Counted from the stretch's first letter, positions 42,878 to 56,490 are shown. The stretch: DNA of 64,000 nucleotides from Octopus sinensis (GCF_006345805.1 NC_043002.1:64852001-64916000), one strand, 5' to 3'. Program-made: numbers and translations. The notes: generated by a model from the sequence alone, not told the origin.

Positions 42878-42884
42878 TAATAAT
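42632..42884 (+). repeat. Compound (AAT)n/(GAT)n microsatellite
   Basis: Seen directly in the sequence. Confidence 0.95.
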
Positions 42885-42966
42885 GTCCAAGCCCGAGAAA
42901 TAGCACCGCAAATAAAATTGCACCGAATGCTACACCATGATGATCGATAACATCGATAATAACAAG

Positions 42967-43002
<36 letters not shown>

Positions 43003-43404
43003 CTATCGGTATAGGATAAACAATCCCCTTCGTCACCGTCAACATGATTTATGTTCACAGTCAACAGCAACGTTGCCACAGACAAATGAGAGAGAACAAT
43101 ATCAGTAGAACCATCAGCGATACATGGCTGCTATGTTGAGTCAGTTTTAATTAGGTTTTGTCTGCTGGAGGTTATTGTAGTTGTTGCATTCTATGCATTT
43201 CTAAACTCTTTTATTTATTTTTCTACTGTTATTTACATGTCATGTATGGCGTCAAACACAATTTCCAAGTGTACTGCAGATAGCGGTCACCTTTGTGCAT
43301 CCTTTTGACTATAGAGACACAGAGAAAACACACACACACACACACACACACTTGCACATACATATGCATACACACACATGTATATACATATATTTGTGTG
43401 TGTG

Positions 43405-43480
<76 letters not shown>

Positions 43481-43490
<10 letters not shown>

Positions 43491-43647
43491 TAATAATAAG
43501 GGTTTTTTGCAACAAGTTGCTTAACAACATACCGAACATTTTAGAAATAGCAGCCAAAAGACTACTGCTTTTGGCTGCTATTTCTAAAATTTTCGGTATG
43601 TTGTTAAGCAACCTGTTGCAAAAAACCCTTATTATTATAATTATATA
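43481..43647. repeat. Near-perfect palindrome: 80-bp arms, 7-nt loop, 2 mismatches
   Basis: 43481-43560 pairs with 43568-43647; the loop is ACTACTG. Confidence 0.92.
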
Positions 43648-44499
43648 AGTTTTTACCGAATATGGTCCTTTTCTATACAGAAATACTACTAGGTGAAATT
43701 TGTTGATTTTATTCAATTAATTATATTTCACCCTATATATATATATATATACATATTGGATACAAATAATTATATAGACGCAACGAATGATTATAAAAAA
43801 CAGTGTTTATTAAAGTAAGGTTCATTTTCAAGGAACGCTGCCATTAATAAATTTGATAACGAAATGCAACATAATATAACTTTTGGTAACTTGGTGTTCT
43901 TTCCTAACCTCTTATTTCTCAAACACCAAATAATTGTAATTGTCGCGGTTCATTGAGCAATTAAATTTAAATGCACCTCCTCACCTCATCACAAACATTT
44001 TAAAAATGTGAGCATCTTCTATATATCTTGTCGAATTATCACATGCAAAACTTCATTCTTGGATCCGGATTATCTTGAGAGCATGAATTATTCATCAAAT
44101 GTATTTTGTCCAATGACAGTGCTTCAAAATGCGGAATAAGACTGACTTTGAAATTCCTAAATCAAAAATAGATTGCCACACATGTTTTCTTGAACTTCTT
44201 TGAAAAGTGAGTCATTTGCTTCAGACTCATATTAGAGACGATACGAGGTGGTGGAGGTGGATCTGAATGAAATTCGTTTCCAAACTGTCATAGCTGTTTG
44301 ACGTTTCAAACATCCATTAGCGTTTTAGGAATAACACGGCGAAGCTATAATTCCATATAATTCAGAGTGAAATAAAGATATCTGCAGCTACTAGAACACC
44401 CAGAATGAGAAAGAGAAAACTGAATTATATGGAAACATTATTTCATATATTCTCTCACTCATCAGAAAATGAGATCGCAAAATATTAACAATCAAAAGA

Positions 44500-44740
44500 T
44501 ATTGTCTGTTGTTAACACAACGTTTCGGCTGATATACCCTCCAGCATTCATCAGGTGTCTTGGGGAAATTTTGAACCTGGGTTCTCATTCTTAAGGTATT
44601 GTTCGACGTTTCTGTTGCAATTATTATTATTATTATTATCATTATTGTTATTATGATTATTATTATTATTATGGTCACTGCCTGGAATCGAACTCGGAAT
44701 CTTAGGGTTAGTAGCCCGCGCTTTTAGCCACTACGCCATA
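44500..44740 (-). mobile_element. tRNA-headed SINE-like element with internal hammerhead (family A), longer copy
   Basis: Head 44673-44740, (AAT)-rich linker, hammerhead 44514-44559 (GACAC-CTGATGA-ATGCTGG...CAGCC-GAAAC-GTT-GTGTT). Confidence 0.75.
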
Positions 44741-45384
44741 TATAAATAAAATAAATGATGTACAAAATTCCTCATCTCTTAAATATAGAACTGTTTTATG
44801 CATTTACTTATTTATTAATTAATTAATTTATTTATTTGTCTTTGGTGAATAAGACATAGTTCTTATTTGCTTCTATCAAGAAATCAAAGGAAATGACTAC
44901 TATTCTCTTCAAACTTTACGTTTGTGACCTGGACATGAATGTTTAGAAACTAACACATTTTCTTTTACATTTCAGATAAATTCAGCGCTGAGTTACTGAA
45001 GCAGAAACATCGTTATAGGAAATATTCTACTCAATGCCACAGATCCGCTTATCAGTAGCTTGACATTAACCACTTGAGCATGTCCCTTAATAGCCGACAA
45101 TATATGCAGCTCTGATCATGAGCAGAAGTAATGGGGATGGGGCTCATAGTCATGAGAGGAATTCTGTTTGGTTGGCATAACTGTAACAAAAGGAAATTGT
45201 GAAGGAAACATTACCTCTTTCGAAGAGGTGAACAATAGGAAATAACAGTTGCTACCCGAGGACAAAAATCTGTTACACATTGTAATTTATATATATATAT
45301 ATAGGGAGAGTTTACATATATACATATATATAAATATATACATGTATACATATATATGTTTGTGCATGCGTGCGTGTGTGTTTA

Positions 45385-45422
<38 letters not shown>

Positions 45423-45574
45423 TGTGTGTGTGTGCGTGTGTGTGTCCACTGTTCTGCATTTGTTGGCAGCTGTGACACTCCATAAAATCCAAAATATAGT
45501 TGCAAGTTATGGGAGCAACTGTCTTCGAATTTGTCGTTGAATGCTGGAAATAAGGAGTAGAAAAACCGCTAAAA

Positions 45575-45745
45575 CAAAGCCAGAAATTTCAAGGGAGGAG
45601 ATAAGTCGATTATATGGATCCCAGAGCTCAGCTGGTGGTTATGTTATCGATCCCCGACAAGATGAAAGGCAAAGTTGATTTCGGCGGAATTTGAACTCAG
45701 AACATAAAGACGGACGAAAAGGCACTGGGCATTTTGCTCGATGTC
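45575..45745 (-). mobile_element. SINE family S3 copy
   Basis: gatgaaaggcaaagttgatttcggcggaatttgaactcagaac. Confidence 0.65.
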
Positions 45746-46061
45746 AAAGACTGTACAAATATTCATAACATCTTTGTAGTTTGTCACTACTGAGGTGAGG
45801 ACAAGTAAATTCCAACGGGAGAATCGAAAACGCATCTGAATTCGAATTGAACGTTTGCCAGATTGATGCAGGCGGTTCTCACGATACCAATGCAAATTAA
45901 CAGACCAAGTAGTGACGCAGTACAAAGTAATTAAACTTTTAGCTTCAAAGTGATAACTAATTTTAAGATTAAATGTGTCAATAAAATGAAACCTCGTCAC
46001 AAAACGCAACATACATACACACCTACCCATACACACACACACACACATATATTTATATATA

Positions 46062-46119
<58 letters not shown>

Positions 46120-46198
46120 GCCATACAAACATACATATATATATTTATATATACATACAAACAAATACACAGTTGCACATACACAGGCGCATACATCC

Positions 46199-46202
<4 letters not shown>

Positions 46203-46245
<43 letters not shown>

Positions 46246-46249
46246 TAAC

Positions 46250-46305
<56 letters not shown>

Positions 46306-46322
46306 TAATAATAATAATAATG

Positions 46323-46352
<30 letters not shown>
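46203..46352 (+). repeat. (AAT)n microsatellite
   Basis: Seen directly in the sequence. Confidence 0.95.
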
Positions 46353-46356
<4 letters not shown>

Positions 46357-47089
46357 CAAAGAAAAGCAAGAAGAATTAAAAGCAGAACCAATCCTGAAGA
46401 AAGAAATAACTAAGCGCATATATTCTGAAGTGTAATGAAGACAACAGTTTTAATTAGAGTTCATTATTTCTATTCGGCTGTTTCTTAAATTATACTTTCA
46501 TGTTAGTTTTATATATATATATATATTTGTTTATCATATACATTTTTATTATTATTATTATATTATTATTATTATTATTATTATTATATTATTATTATTG
46601 CTATTGCTTGGTGAACTTCAGAAAGAATTTGCTACTATATTCGAAGCATTTCTATAAATCATTAATTTTTATTGTTATATATTTTGTTGATGTTTTGGAA
46701 AAAATTCAGAGGTGGTGTGGTGGGGGGTCTTATTCTTACTTTTATTTTACTGAATGTCTCGTACGGATGAGAAAGGAAATTAAGAACACAACATAGAAAG
46801 AAACACAAACCATTATAAAATGGAAAGTAAAAAAGAAAAAAAGAAAATATAACATAAAGTTATCATCTGAGAAAATTGGAACCAAACACAATAAAAACAA
46901 ATTTTAGAAAGCAAATTAAAGCAGCGAATATAAATAATGAAGTGAATGATGTGATATCGGTAAATAGAAAGAAGATGATGCTGAGATATGTTGAAATAAT
47001 GTAAAAGAGGGGTTTTGCATTTGATTGGTAAAATAGATAGATGAATAAATAGGGAGACAATATATGCGCACCCTGACATTTTCCATACT

Positions 47090-47176
<87 letters not shown>

Positions 47177-47298
47177 AGGTATAAGATATATGTATGTACA
47201 TACAGAGAGAAAGTTAAATATGTTCACATGCATATATATATATATATAGATAGATAGATAGATAGATAGATAGGTAGATAGATAGATAGATAGGTAGG

Positions 47299-47393
<95 letters not shown>

Positions 47394-48266
47394 AGATAGA
47401 TAGATACATACATACATACATACATACATACATACATACATACATACATACATACATACATACATACATACATACTGAACAGAATGATGCAAAACAAATA
47501 ATATCAGCATACTAGAGGCAGAACATGATTTCATCGACCAATCAATAAGTTGTCAAATTGTGTCCCTCACTCATAAATATGAACGGCATTAAAACAAGGG
47601 AAAAGAACGAGGCTGTAACAAAAAAAAAAAACTAGGATATTGTTGTTTATTCTTTATAATTCTTAGCCCCTATAACATGTTATGAGACATTAGAAATCTA
47701 CTAAATATAAGCAACAAATATGACAAAACAATAGTAAAGAGGAATTGAAATGTAAGGAACATGTACTCACCCTTATAGTAAATTATGCCCCAAAAGTAAC
47801 ATTATGTTGTGAGCCAATATAATAGCAGAGATCTCATACAAATGTAAAATTACTAAGAAATTTCGTTGAAGAACCCAGCAATTCTTTCAACTATTTATTA
47901 CTCAAAATGATTGTTTTCCAGAATGTGAGATACATTTATATAGGGTATTTCAAAAAGTCTCTCCGCAGTGATTTCTTTCTCCAAGATGTATTTCAAAACA
48001 TGTGTAGAAGAGTCAACTAACGTATTGAAAATGAAGACCGACACTTTCAACATCTCTCATAAAGTTTTTAAAGTTTTGTAAGGTCTAATATATTCCTTTT
48101 GTAGTCTTATACCATCTTATAAATATTTAATTTGGAATAAAATACTTATTGCGGAGAGATTGTTTGAACACAGTGTATAAGATTTTGTGGTGAGTGAGGT
48201 TATAATTTTCAAAATGATAATAATTATGTTCAGAAATCAAAGAAATTGCAATATCAGTATTTAAAC

Positions 48267-48618
48267 CAGAGGTTCTCAACCGGGGTTTATATGGCCCCTG
48301 AGTGTCCATATAAGATTTGTGGAGTCTATGCAATAAAATAGTAAATTGCCCATCCACAATAGTATTTTAGGAACCCGTAAAAAGAATATTGCTTTAGATG
48401 TATATATTGGTGTGTATTGCAAGGAACAACCAGTTTTCTTTCTCTAATATTTTACATAATTCAACCTACACAAGTTAATGTGTGTAAAACAAAATGGTAA
48501 TTTTGAAAGAAATTTTTATAAAACTAGTTTTTAAACATGGAATGCTTATGGGGGTCCACTAGAATAAAATAGCAATCAAAGGAGCCCATAAGTAAACTAA
48601 AAATGTTTGAGAGCCCCT
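48267..48618. mobile_element. hAT-Charlie-like MITE
   Basis: TIRs CAGAGGTTCTCAACC and GTTTGAGAGCCCCTG. The flanks ATTTAAAC and ATCGAGAC both approximate an NTCTAGAN-type 8-bp TSD. Confidence 0.6.
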
Positions 48619-49661
48619 GATCGAGACAGCTTGCCTTTTTTATGGTAAAACGTGATGCCCAATAATTATCCGGCAGTGAAATCTGAAGAACCAAGAGTGA
48701 ACATCACTCTGCAATCCTTCAGTTAACAACACAGTCTTATTTCCACAAATTCATTGTATTCATAGCTGTTTAGGTTAGATGACGTCAGTGGTTTCATATT
48801 GATAACTCACTGAGACAATATTTCAAACCTATTGTGTATGGTGCCCTGACATTTTTCCTAGATATTTGCCCTCGCATCAAATTGTGCGTGTACCTTCTCT
48901 AAATATTAACTGATAATTGAATCGCATTTTATTCATTTAAAAAGTAGAATCATCATCACTGAAATAGTATTTTTTCGAGAGAACTTTCATTGAACAGCTA
49001 TACGGTCTTTCCACAATAAAGAGAACAGCATGACTTCAATTACTGTGATACGAGTGAATAAACTCTTTTAAACCTTCTAAATTATTTCTCGTTTCGTGAT
49101 AATTTATTTCCTACAAACCACTATGTATCATTTGAATCTCTTGCCTTGTTATAACCTCCAGAATATCCCTTTGTCCTCATCAAAGTGAAATAAAATGTGT
49201 AGTTTAAGCAATTCCTTTGCGCTTCACAGCGAGGCCAAATATATCATCAAAATGTCCAGAAAAATTTGTGTGTTCTGCATTATTGATTCGGTGAATAACT
49301 AATACACCAACGTTGTCAATACATTCAGTTTCATGCGAATTAGCTTCACTAGTTTGGATTTGTCCAAAATAGTAAAACAGTATACAAGTAAATTTTATGT
49401 AAATGGCTTTTTCTGTGAAGCTCAGAACGGGCATTGGGTATTCTTTCTCTGAGAAAGTTCCAAGCTCAGAAGCTTGGCAGCAACATTTGGCTGTATCACT
49501 TCCTCTACGGGACTTGATCAGCAATGATGTTGCCAAAGAATAAGAATGTTATTTTGACACATTTGTGTAACATTTGTCTAATTCTCATGTTCAAGTAATC
49601 ACCACATCATTTCAGGAAACGATCCTAGTTTTCCAGCAAATACGTTATGTTATTAATTTCT

Positions 49662-50041
49662 TATTTATTTATTGCCCACAAGGGGCGAAACATAGAGGAG
49701 ACAAACAAGGTCAGAAAAAGGTATTAAGTCGATTACATCGACCCCATTGCATAACTGGTACTTAATTTATCGACCCCAAAAGGATGAAAAGCAAAGTCGA
49801 CTTCGGCGGAATTTGAACTAAGAACGTTACGGCAGACGAAATACCTATTTCTTTACTACCGACAAGGAGCTAAACACAGAGAGGACAAACAAGGACAGAC
49901 AAACGGATTAAGCCGGTTATATCGACCCCAGTGCGTAACTGGTACTTATTTAATCGAATCCGAAAGGATGAAAGGCAAAGTCGACCTCGGCAGACGAAAT
50001 ACGGCTAGGCATTCTAACGTTTCTGCCAGCTCACCGCATTA
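49662..50041 (-). mobile_element. Dimeric SINE family S3 insertion with 17-bp TSD
   Basis: Two tandem S3 bodies. TTATGTTATTAATTTCT lies at 49645-49661 and 50042-50058. Confidence 0.85.
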
Positions 50042-50399
50042 TTATGTTATTAATTTCTGAAGGTTTCATATTTGCAAGCGGTTTTTCTCTTATACACATG
50101 TCTCTATAATGCCTATATGGATGCATGTGGTATTTCTCTCCACTTTGAACGAGTCACTACGAATCACTGTCTGGTTATCTTCCTACTGTTAACCGTCGAT
50201 AGATATGACATCGTTCATCTACCTATAAACCACCTCATTCATCTTACACTGACGTCCGTACGTATAACAATCTTTGCACCTAACACACGTGCCCTATATT
50301 TTTCATACATTAAGCCCTTTCTTATAAGTCTTCTCTCCATATTTCTCTGGCACGGCACGAACTACTTAAGAATTAAACCAAACAATTCTGGATAATGTA

Positions 50400-51860
50400 G
50401 GCGCTGTTCTTTTGCTTTTTTGATGTATCGAACATGCTATCGCCAGCACAATTCAGAATTTTAAAGTTTACTTTTCATTTCTCTACTTACTCTTATTTAC
50501 TGTAAAATCATTACTTTGGCAGTATATGTAAAAACACAGGCGACGACTAGGTATTATATGTTCTCATTACATTTGCTGCTGCAATAGTGTTCTCTTTTTC
50601 ACTGATCTTCTGCTTTATGTTAAGAACAACTGGGCAGCTAATTTCCACAATCCTTCTCAGATCCTCTTCTCTATCCCAAATCATTATAGCAGGTCTGCTG
50701 TGCTTACATTCTATTGAAGTCTTCACTGAAATATTCCACCAGTATTCCTTTTCTTTATGAGTGGCTATGACTTCTATCTTACTGTGGGCTTTAATTTCTT
50801 TGTTCTCAGGGTTATCTTTCCGACGGATTTTATCACAGAACTAGCAGTATCGCCCGGCGTTGCTCAGGTTTGTAAGGGAAATAACTATAAAGCATTTTTA
50901 GAGAGTTATAGCCAAAAAATAGCAAAAAAATGGGGAAAAAATGATGGTAAATTTTTTTTGAGAGTTAAAAAAGGTGGAGTTGCGTCCCCTAGACGGTCGG
51001 TGGTTTGAGTTTCTGATTCTCGACCCCATGTCGAATTTATCGATTTTTTTCAGAACTGGTGTAACTTTTCAAAATTTTCGCTGCGTTAGTTTTGAATTAT
51101 GACATTGGGCTATGTGTGTGTCAAGTTTCATCAGAATCGGTTGAAAGCCGTAGTCAGAGTGAGGGTACGAGAAAACAGACACACAGAAAACGCACAGACA
51201 AACTGCCGTTTATATATAGAGAGATGCCCTAGCTACAGTGTCATGTCTCACTGGTAGATAATACCGTGATGACATTTTCGGACAACTGCTTATGATGTGG
51301 GTAATATCTTCGTTGTTAACTGTACAAAGTCTGCATCTGTTGTCATATTTTACTGCATTTCTTGCATCTCTCTCCCTTTTGCGCATCAGGTACTTGGTTG
51401 ATATTGCCTGATCCCGGATTCCGAACGTATACCCTTCAAAGTGGGAGGTAGTTATCCGGCTGTTGATTTATGATAACCTCCTTTGATGATCGATGTTACT
51501 ATCATCTCGGAGCTTTCTAGTAATATATCCATGCATAGTCTTTGGCTCATATAGTCTTATCCTTTCATCTGATGATACGTTGGGGTAGATTCGTGCGACT
51601 GCTTTCGACATGTATTCTAGATTATCAGACAAATAATGTTTCTGAAGGAGTTGCCTCCTAAGTCTTATGATAAAAATTTGGGCAAGTAATGTACTTTGAC
51701 ACTTGATGGTTAAACGATGTTGCCGAAGAGGAATGATATGACATTCAAAGGCATTTAGGATCGACGTTAAGCCTCTGCCACCCTGTTTTCGTTTGAAGTA
51801 GAGGCGGTCTACGTCACTGTTTTTGTGGTAATTATGTGTGCTTATTAATATTATTCGGAT
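50400..51860 (-). mobile_element. Decayed RLE retrotransposon (R4-like) 3' region, split by a Helentron-like insertion
   Basis: DVDRLYFKRKQGGRGL, CRLCTVNNEDITHIISSC...RHD, and KEYWWNISVKT...RPAIMIWD...VEISCP. Confidence 0.8.
50840..51225 (+). mobile_element. Complete-looking Helentron/DINE-1-like non-autonomous element
   Basis: Begins ACTAGCAGTATCGCCCGGCGTTGCTC and ends ACAGACA...TTTATATATAGAGAGAT. Removing it approximately rejoins the flanking retrotransposon coding sequence. Confidence 0.7.
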
Positions 51861-52739
51861 TTTCACATCAATGGCTAGACCTCATCAAGCGTTCAATCAA
51901 CCAGCCCAAATGTTGGAATGAGTACTGGCACAGCAAACACATTGTTGGCCGATGTTTTATGCAATGCAGAGAGTTCTGAGTCCAAATTTTCTTTTTTTGG
52001 CTGTAATACTCATTAGAGACACGTGTTTTGTTACAGGTGACATTATATGTATGTATGTATGTGTGTATGTATGCATGCATGTATGTATGTATGTATGTAT
52101 GCATGTATGTATGTATGTAAGTTTGTGTAGGGATGTGCGAAGCTGGAATACTGCTTCCTATTGCTACCATTGTACAGGTTAAAGCATCTATGAGCTCGCT
52201 TTGGCAGTGTGCATAGCAACCAACTAGAGTACATCGAACGCCATATCCAAGTCCAAATCGTTAATTAGTGATAGACAGGAAGACAATGTGATAGACATTT
52301 ACACAGATAGAAAGAGTGACATATAGACGAGGATATGGGGAATACAGTGATAGATTGATTGATTGAAAAGAAGATAGATTGATTGATTGAAAAGAAGATA
52401 GATTGATTGATTGAAAGAGAGACAGATCGATAGATAGAGAGGCAGACAGGCAATGAGATATGAGTATACAGAGCGATAAATACATACATAGACACAGACG
52501 GACAGATAGACAGATGAATAGAAAGATGGATAGATAGATAAACAGATAGAACATCTATGTAAGGGGACAAACAATAGACATGGATACATGCATACATACA
52601 TATCTACAGACAGGCAATGAGATTGACAGATATACACGCAGGAAGAGAGACAGACAGACACACAAGCACACACATAGATAGATAGATAGCTAGATAGATA
52701 GATAGATACATACATACATACATACATACATAGAAAAAT

Positions 52740-52786
<47 letters not shown>

Positions 52787-52883
52787 TAGATAAACAAGTT
52801 GGTAGGGAGGTATGTAGGTAGGTAGGCAAGCAGGCAGGTAGCTTAATAGATAGATAGCTAGATAGATAGACAGATAGATAGAC

Positions 52884-52965
<82 letters not shown>

Positions 52966-53735
52966 ATAAACAGACAGACGGACGACCTAATCGACAGGCA
53001 TACATACAGACGGATGGATAGATAGACAGAGAAACAGACAGACAGATTGAATATTTTCCAAAGGCGACGATCAGATCAATTATTTTCAACATATTTTATG
53101 TTATTTTTGTTCTAGTATCTTCAACCGGCGTTGAGGCACTACGCGTCAGGTGTTAAATATGCATGTAAATTAACAACACTTGTATTAATCATACACAGAT
53201 AACAATTTTCTTCGCAGTTTATTATAGTCAAATATTTTCATTCCAAACCCACCAACTCCAGCAAATGATATTTTCAGATTGTTTTCGTTTACCTTACACT
53301 TGAAAAATACATATTTGTGTGATGTGAAAATTGATTAGTAAAATTGTAATGTATTCAATCACCAACATAGCCAGAAGTCCTGGATTCTGCTAACAATAGA
53401 AAGAACCGGAAATAAAGAACCAATATAACATCGGAGTTGACTGGGCGTTATGATTTTTTTTATTTATGTTTTTGCATCGTTCTTTGTTGTTACTTCCAGT
53501 AAACAAATCATAACTTAAATTAAATTAATTAAATTTGAATCAATAAAAAGCTGAGTAAACACTAAAATTATGTTGAACAGAAACGGCTGAATAGAAGGAA
53601 ACATGGAAGAAAATATTTGTGAATATATTCGTAGAATATTACGTATATGTGCCTAAGTGTCTCTGTATATCTATATCTACCTTGTTATCTATGTATCTGT
53701 AAGTAAATATTTATAAACATACACATGCACACACT

Positions 53736-53798
<63 letters not shown>

Positions 53799-53886
53799 AT
53801 ATACATTCATATATGTGTGTGTGCATATATATATATATAAGAATGTATGTATGTATATATTTATAAGTGTGTGTGTATAAATATCC

Positions 53887-53921
<35 letters not shown>

Positions 53922-54046
53922 CAGACAGAGAGAGAAACAGAGATAGAGAGTGAGAGTGTGATATGCATACATACATACATACATACATACATACATACAT
54001 ACATACATACATACTTACATACATACATACATACACACTTACATAC

Positions 54047-54077
<31 letters not shown>

Positions 54078-54619
54078 GATATGCATGTATGAGTTTTGCT
54101 TAAGTTCTTAATAGAGTTCCAAAGTGATAGCAATCCTTGAAAATTCCTGATGATAGTAAACGTGCGGTTAGTTGACTCAGGTTTCTTTAGTCGCTATGGT
54201 TTATATCTAGTAATTCTCCGTGTGGTTGTGTATGTATTTCCTTATCTGATTAGTGCTACCATCTCTTTAAAAGATTGTATGTCTTTGTATTTACTGAAAA
54301 AAAATAACATATCTTTTACCGGACTTGTAGAACTACTGGCAAAAAAAAATATATATATTCATTATCTAGGAGAATTAATAATCTTGTATACAAACGTTCT
54401 GTGCTAATTAAGTATTTAACAATGTGTGTATTTATGCATGTATGTATGGATTGATGTCATTTTTCAGTTTTATTTCAAGATTTCTTGCCTATAGGGAAAG
54501 AACCGGTCTAACATCGTCAACAGATTATTGTTGTATGTAGGTATGTATACATTAGATTTATCTGTTTTGTTATATATATGTCTTTTCGTGCATATACTTG
54601 CATATCTAGACATGCTCAT

Positions 54620-54925
54620 ATATATTCAAATGCTAAACCTCTGGAAAATTTAAAGATTTTTACAGTTTCTACAATCTTCGAATCAGCTTTCTCCTATCTG
54701 GTTTTGCGAAACCTAATTTTTCAAGATTGGTGTTTAAGCAGAGTGTTACATATACCAGGGCCCCAATAATCACAGCTATAAACCTGAACTTGTAATCTGG
54801 ATAGAGTAACTGCAGATTTCCCAATATTTCAACTTAGGTATTCTCTTTTTCGCTGGTCTTCAGTTTTATGTTAACATCCATTGGGCAGCTAATTTCACAA
54901 TTCTACACAGTTTCTCTTCTCTATC
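54620..54925 (-). mobile_element. RLE-domain fragment of an R4-like retrotransposon
   Basis: ISCPMDVNIKLKTSEKENT*...LQLLYPDYKFRFIAVIIGAL. Confidence 0.75.
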
Positions 54926-54937
54926 ACAAATCATATG

Positions 54938-54971
<34 letters not shown>

Positions 54972-55482
54972 TGTATGTATGTATGTATGTATGTATGTAT
55001 GTATGTATGTATATGTATGTGCGCGTATGTGTAGGTATGTATGTGTGTGAGTATGTATGTCTGAGTGTTTGTCTGTGTATACGAGAGAGTGCGTGTGTAT
55101 ATCTATGTGTATATTTCTTGTGTATATATGGTCGTCTTTTACTAATCCTACTTGTATCTCAGAAATTAGGGCTCCTCACAACATAACTCTGTAACATCCT
55201 CATCGTTTGACTCCGGACAATTGTCTACTTATCTATTTAATATATCTTTCCACTTTCAGTCGTCGCAGATTAATGTCGCCAATTGGTCAACTGCATCGGC
55301 TTCCATCGGAAGAATTTTGGTAGCAATGTATCTGCTTCTACTGACTAAAACACCGACAGCATACGACTGGACAAACCGTTTGGCTATTTGCAGCACTGAC
55401 CAGTGTATTTCCTTCTCCGTCTACTCATTTGGTTCGATAGTGATACGAGTGAGGAACTGAGTGTGTGTCTTTTATTTTTTTT

Positions 55483-55788
55483 TTACGCCCTTTTCAAGCC
55501 TAGCCAGGATCATGGGCCCCACTTTCCCGGTTTCTGTGGCGTATGTGTTCCCCCCAGGTGGATCGGACTCCAGTCCATCGCAGCGTTACTCATGAAACAG
55601 GAAGAGAGAGTGAGAGAAAGTTGTGGTGAAAGAGTACAACAGGGGTCGCCACCACTCCCTACCGGAGCCTCGTGGAGCTTTTAGATGTTTTCGCTCAATA
55701 AGCACACACAACGCCCGTTCTGAGAATCAAAATCGCGAACCTCCGACCGCGAGTCTGCTGCTCTAACCACTGGGCCATTGCGCCTCCA
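55483..55788 (-). mobile_element. SINE family S1, full-length-looking copy with A-rich tail
   Basis: tRNA-like head, gctgcgatggactgg body and an A-rich 3' end. Confidence 0.8.
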
Positions 55789-55838
55789 TGGGTTTTGTAT
55801 TACTATGCTTATACATATTACACATAAAAGGTAACAAT

Positions 55839-56105
55839 GCCAAGGCTGTGAAGAGTTTTCAGGATATTTATAAGGAAAGAGATATATAGTCTTACAGGTG
55901 TTTCTGGGATATTATGGATATCCTTTAATCAATCTGGGATTTCATATACATACACCTTTTCCATAGTAATTCCTTATTTCGAACTCAAATAGTTACCTCT
56001 ATTTAACCATCTCACATCATCTCTGATTGATGCATATAAACAACTGTAAGACTATTCTATATCTCTTTCCTTATAAATGTCCTTAAAACTCCCCACAGCC
56101 TTGGC
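55839..56105. repeat. Inverted pair of family C hammerhead-element 3' ends
   Basis: 55839-55900 is inversely repeated at 56041-56105. Both contain (G)AAAC-A(C/A)CT-GTA-AGAC with decayed cores. Confidence 0.65.
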
Positions 56106-56143
56106 TTTGTTATCTCATTTTGTTTAATATTCATACAAATATT

Positions 56144-56198
<55 letters not shown>

Positions 56199-56228
56199 TA
56201 TATATATGTATGTATGTATGTATATGTC

Positions 56229-56490
56229 TGTAATATAATATGTGACAATTATTCGGTTGTCGGGGCGGAAATCTGCTCCGACATCTCTTCAGTTATCGAG
56301 GCAATCAAGATATTTTGATTGCCTCGATAACTGAAGAGATGCCGTAGCAGGTTTCCGCCCCGACATCCGAAACTCGGAGTCTTATTATGGCAACCGAATA
56401 ATTGTCACATATTATATTACAGATAAATTCCTCTATTTACATAATATCGAAGTCACATTCATTCTTTTGTTGTCTTAACTTTACTATGAA
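56229..56490. mobile_element. Family B fold-back element with the best-preserved family B hammerhead (56326-56386, +)
   Basis: GATAA-CTGAAGA-GATG...CATC-C-GAAA-CTCGGA-GTC-TTATT. The left inverted arm lacks the 27 nt containing GAAA and the cleavage site. Confidence 0.75.

Noticed and set aside
48760-49540. Possible decayed hAT transposase (110-aa ORF at 49204-49536)
   Set aside because: No diagnostic motif could be aligned with confidence.
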